Positions 62,442 through 64,000 of a stretch of 64,000 nt of DNA are shown here, in pieces; positions within the stretch are counted from its first letter, which is position 1; the number at the start of each line of letters is the position of its first letter. The notes beneath the pieces are model-generated. The model saw only the letters and a program-made list of their open reading frames with translations. It did not search any database and had not been told where the DNA came from. The translations under genes were made by a program, and so were the position numbers. The DNA is from Neoechinorhynchus agilis (lineage: Eukaryota; Animalia; Acanthocephala): the NCBI GenBank assembly GCA_051530055.1, contig JBMGUZ010000006.1, forward strand, positions 1 to 64,000. Reading direction: 5' to 3'.

Positions 62442-63380
62442 ATTGGTGAAACTATCATCGTCGCTTTTAGTGCTTCTTTTCCTACTATTTCATTCATTAT
62501 TTAAGTTGGAATTATAAGATTGAAGCCTTTGGGCTTGTTGGAATTGTTTTCGATTCCGCAAGTTCAAAATAAGCGTCCATATTTGCATTTCACCTACAGG
62601 GGGGCTGAATTCAAATCTTTTTCTTCGTTCAATGACGACAAAACGGTTTCAATTAAATTAAATGCTTCAAAAGAGAAGAGATATTGGATAACGGTTTCGA
62701 GACAATTTTCGTCCGCGTTGCATCCTTTCAAAAATCTAATGAGATCCTAGCAAGAAATTTTTCTATTAAATCGAGGGTGGAAATTTCGGACAAATTTACA
62801 TCATGAGATCTCAAATTGAATCTGTATTTTTGGGGTATTATTGGAAGTAAAATCGGCTATCGATCAATAGATATGTATTAGCACACATTTTTTTTTTCCA
62901 TATTTCGGAACATCACGCGCATGGTTCTGAAAGTAGCCAGCAAACGAATTTTCACGCCTCATTAGTTGTGTGTCATTAATTTTACGGTTCAATCGACAGA
63001 TAAAAATCGACTTCTTTAACACGTATCGGTGTTTCAACCGTAGACAATCAATACGTTTGTGATATCCGTTGTAATGTCTTGATAAGTGTCGCAAGCGATA
63101 CAGTAAAGAATTTTCGAATCAGAATGTTGCAATTCAGCGGAGTTTTAGTGATATGAAATGTCATAAAATTTGCAGAAATTGCATTAGTTTTGATTTGGAA
63201 TGATTTGAAAATCACCTGCCATTCGAAGCGCTGCGTCAGGTTTATAGAAACATTTTGCTGTTAAGTAACTGAACTTTTTCGTGGATCATTAGAAAACCTG
63301 ATAAAGAAAGTAAAGCCTCCAAAATCTCGACTAACCGTAGTTTCCTAATTTTAGACAGTTCAGAGCTACAGATTTGAAGT

Positions 63381-64000
63381 ATGACGACAAGACAACCATT
63401 CAGGATAAGGGCACCACCAATCGAGGAAAGCGCACAATTCCTGCGGAACCACATCTCTGGTCAGCCCAATAGTTTCAGTCATCCAGATCCACCAACGTTC
63501 AACATTATTCACCAAGGTCACCAAATATATAATCCCTTCGATGATGATATTTACCTCGATCGAGAAGTCGAAAAAATTTTGGAAAACGCAGATAATACTA
63601 TAAATAATTGTGCACCTCCGCCCGGCTTTGATGATTTCACTTTTATTTTCAATGAGTCACCACCAAGCATAGATGACTTCAGTAATAATCATTCATCGAT
63701 TGGAAATGAAGAATATTGCTTACCTCCACCAGGTTTTGAAAATTGCTCATTTTCTTATTACGATTACGAGCCCGAAAACGAAGGATACTTCTCAACTCCA
63801 CCAGGTTTCGAGAACGTGACTTTTGATTATTACGATTCACGATCAGGAATGGACGAATATGGCTCACCTCTTCTCTATTGTGAGAATCCGGCCTTTAATC
63901 ACGTTTGGAATGGAAACGAAGATTACTACGAATCGTTTCTCGATTTTCAGGAATCAACCGTTATATTTAATGAGTCGTCGTTGGAATTCGAAAAATACAG
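63381..64000 (+). CDS. 281-aa PPGF-repeat protein, copy 4 (runs off the window)
   Basis: ATG at 63381; matches copy 3 and stays open to the window end. Confidence 0.7.
   Translation, partial: MTTRQPFRIRAPPIEESAQFLRNHISGQPNSFSHPDPPTFNIIHQGHQIYNPFDDDIYLDREVEKILENADNTINNCAPPPGFDDFTFIFNESPPSIDDFSNNHSSIGNEEYCLPPPGFENCSFSYYDYEPENEGYFSTPPGFENVTFDYYDSRSGMDEYGSPLLYCENPAFNHVWNGNEDYYESFLDFQESTVIFNESSLEFEKY

Overview
Eukaryotic, AT-rich DNA in the standard genetic code, probably from an invertebrate animal (inferred only from the transposon repertoire). I found no prokaryotic features, rRNA, tRNA or telomeric repeats. The window is a patchwork of segmental duplications: direct 1-11.4 kb ~ 21.3-32.6 kb, inverted ~8.2-17.56 kb vs 43.3-53.65 kb, inverted 32.6-36.1 kb vs 57.2-60.85 kb, and direct 49.4-53.1 kb ~ 60.85-64 kb. 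These segments carry decayed retroelements: Mag-type Ty3/Gypsy, two CRE-like and one R2-like RLE non-LTR families, RTE, gag-like ORF1/RT relics and two Penelope-like elements (PLEs). Four observations stand out. (1) A 147/151-bp satellite whose unit translates to a PLE reverse-transcriptase motif-7/thumb segment, with 7 units in one arm and 13 in the other. (2) Minimal hammerhead ribozymes in PLE pseudo-LTRs, plus an orphan candidate inside a fold-back at an inversion breakpoint. (3) A PLE with a twin-priming-type 5' inversion. (4) An orphan 281-aa acidic PPGF-repeat ORF kept open in all four copies while the TE ORFs around it decayed. Family assignments come from motif recognition by eye, with no database search. 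Repeat boundaries are approximate.
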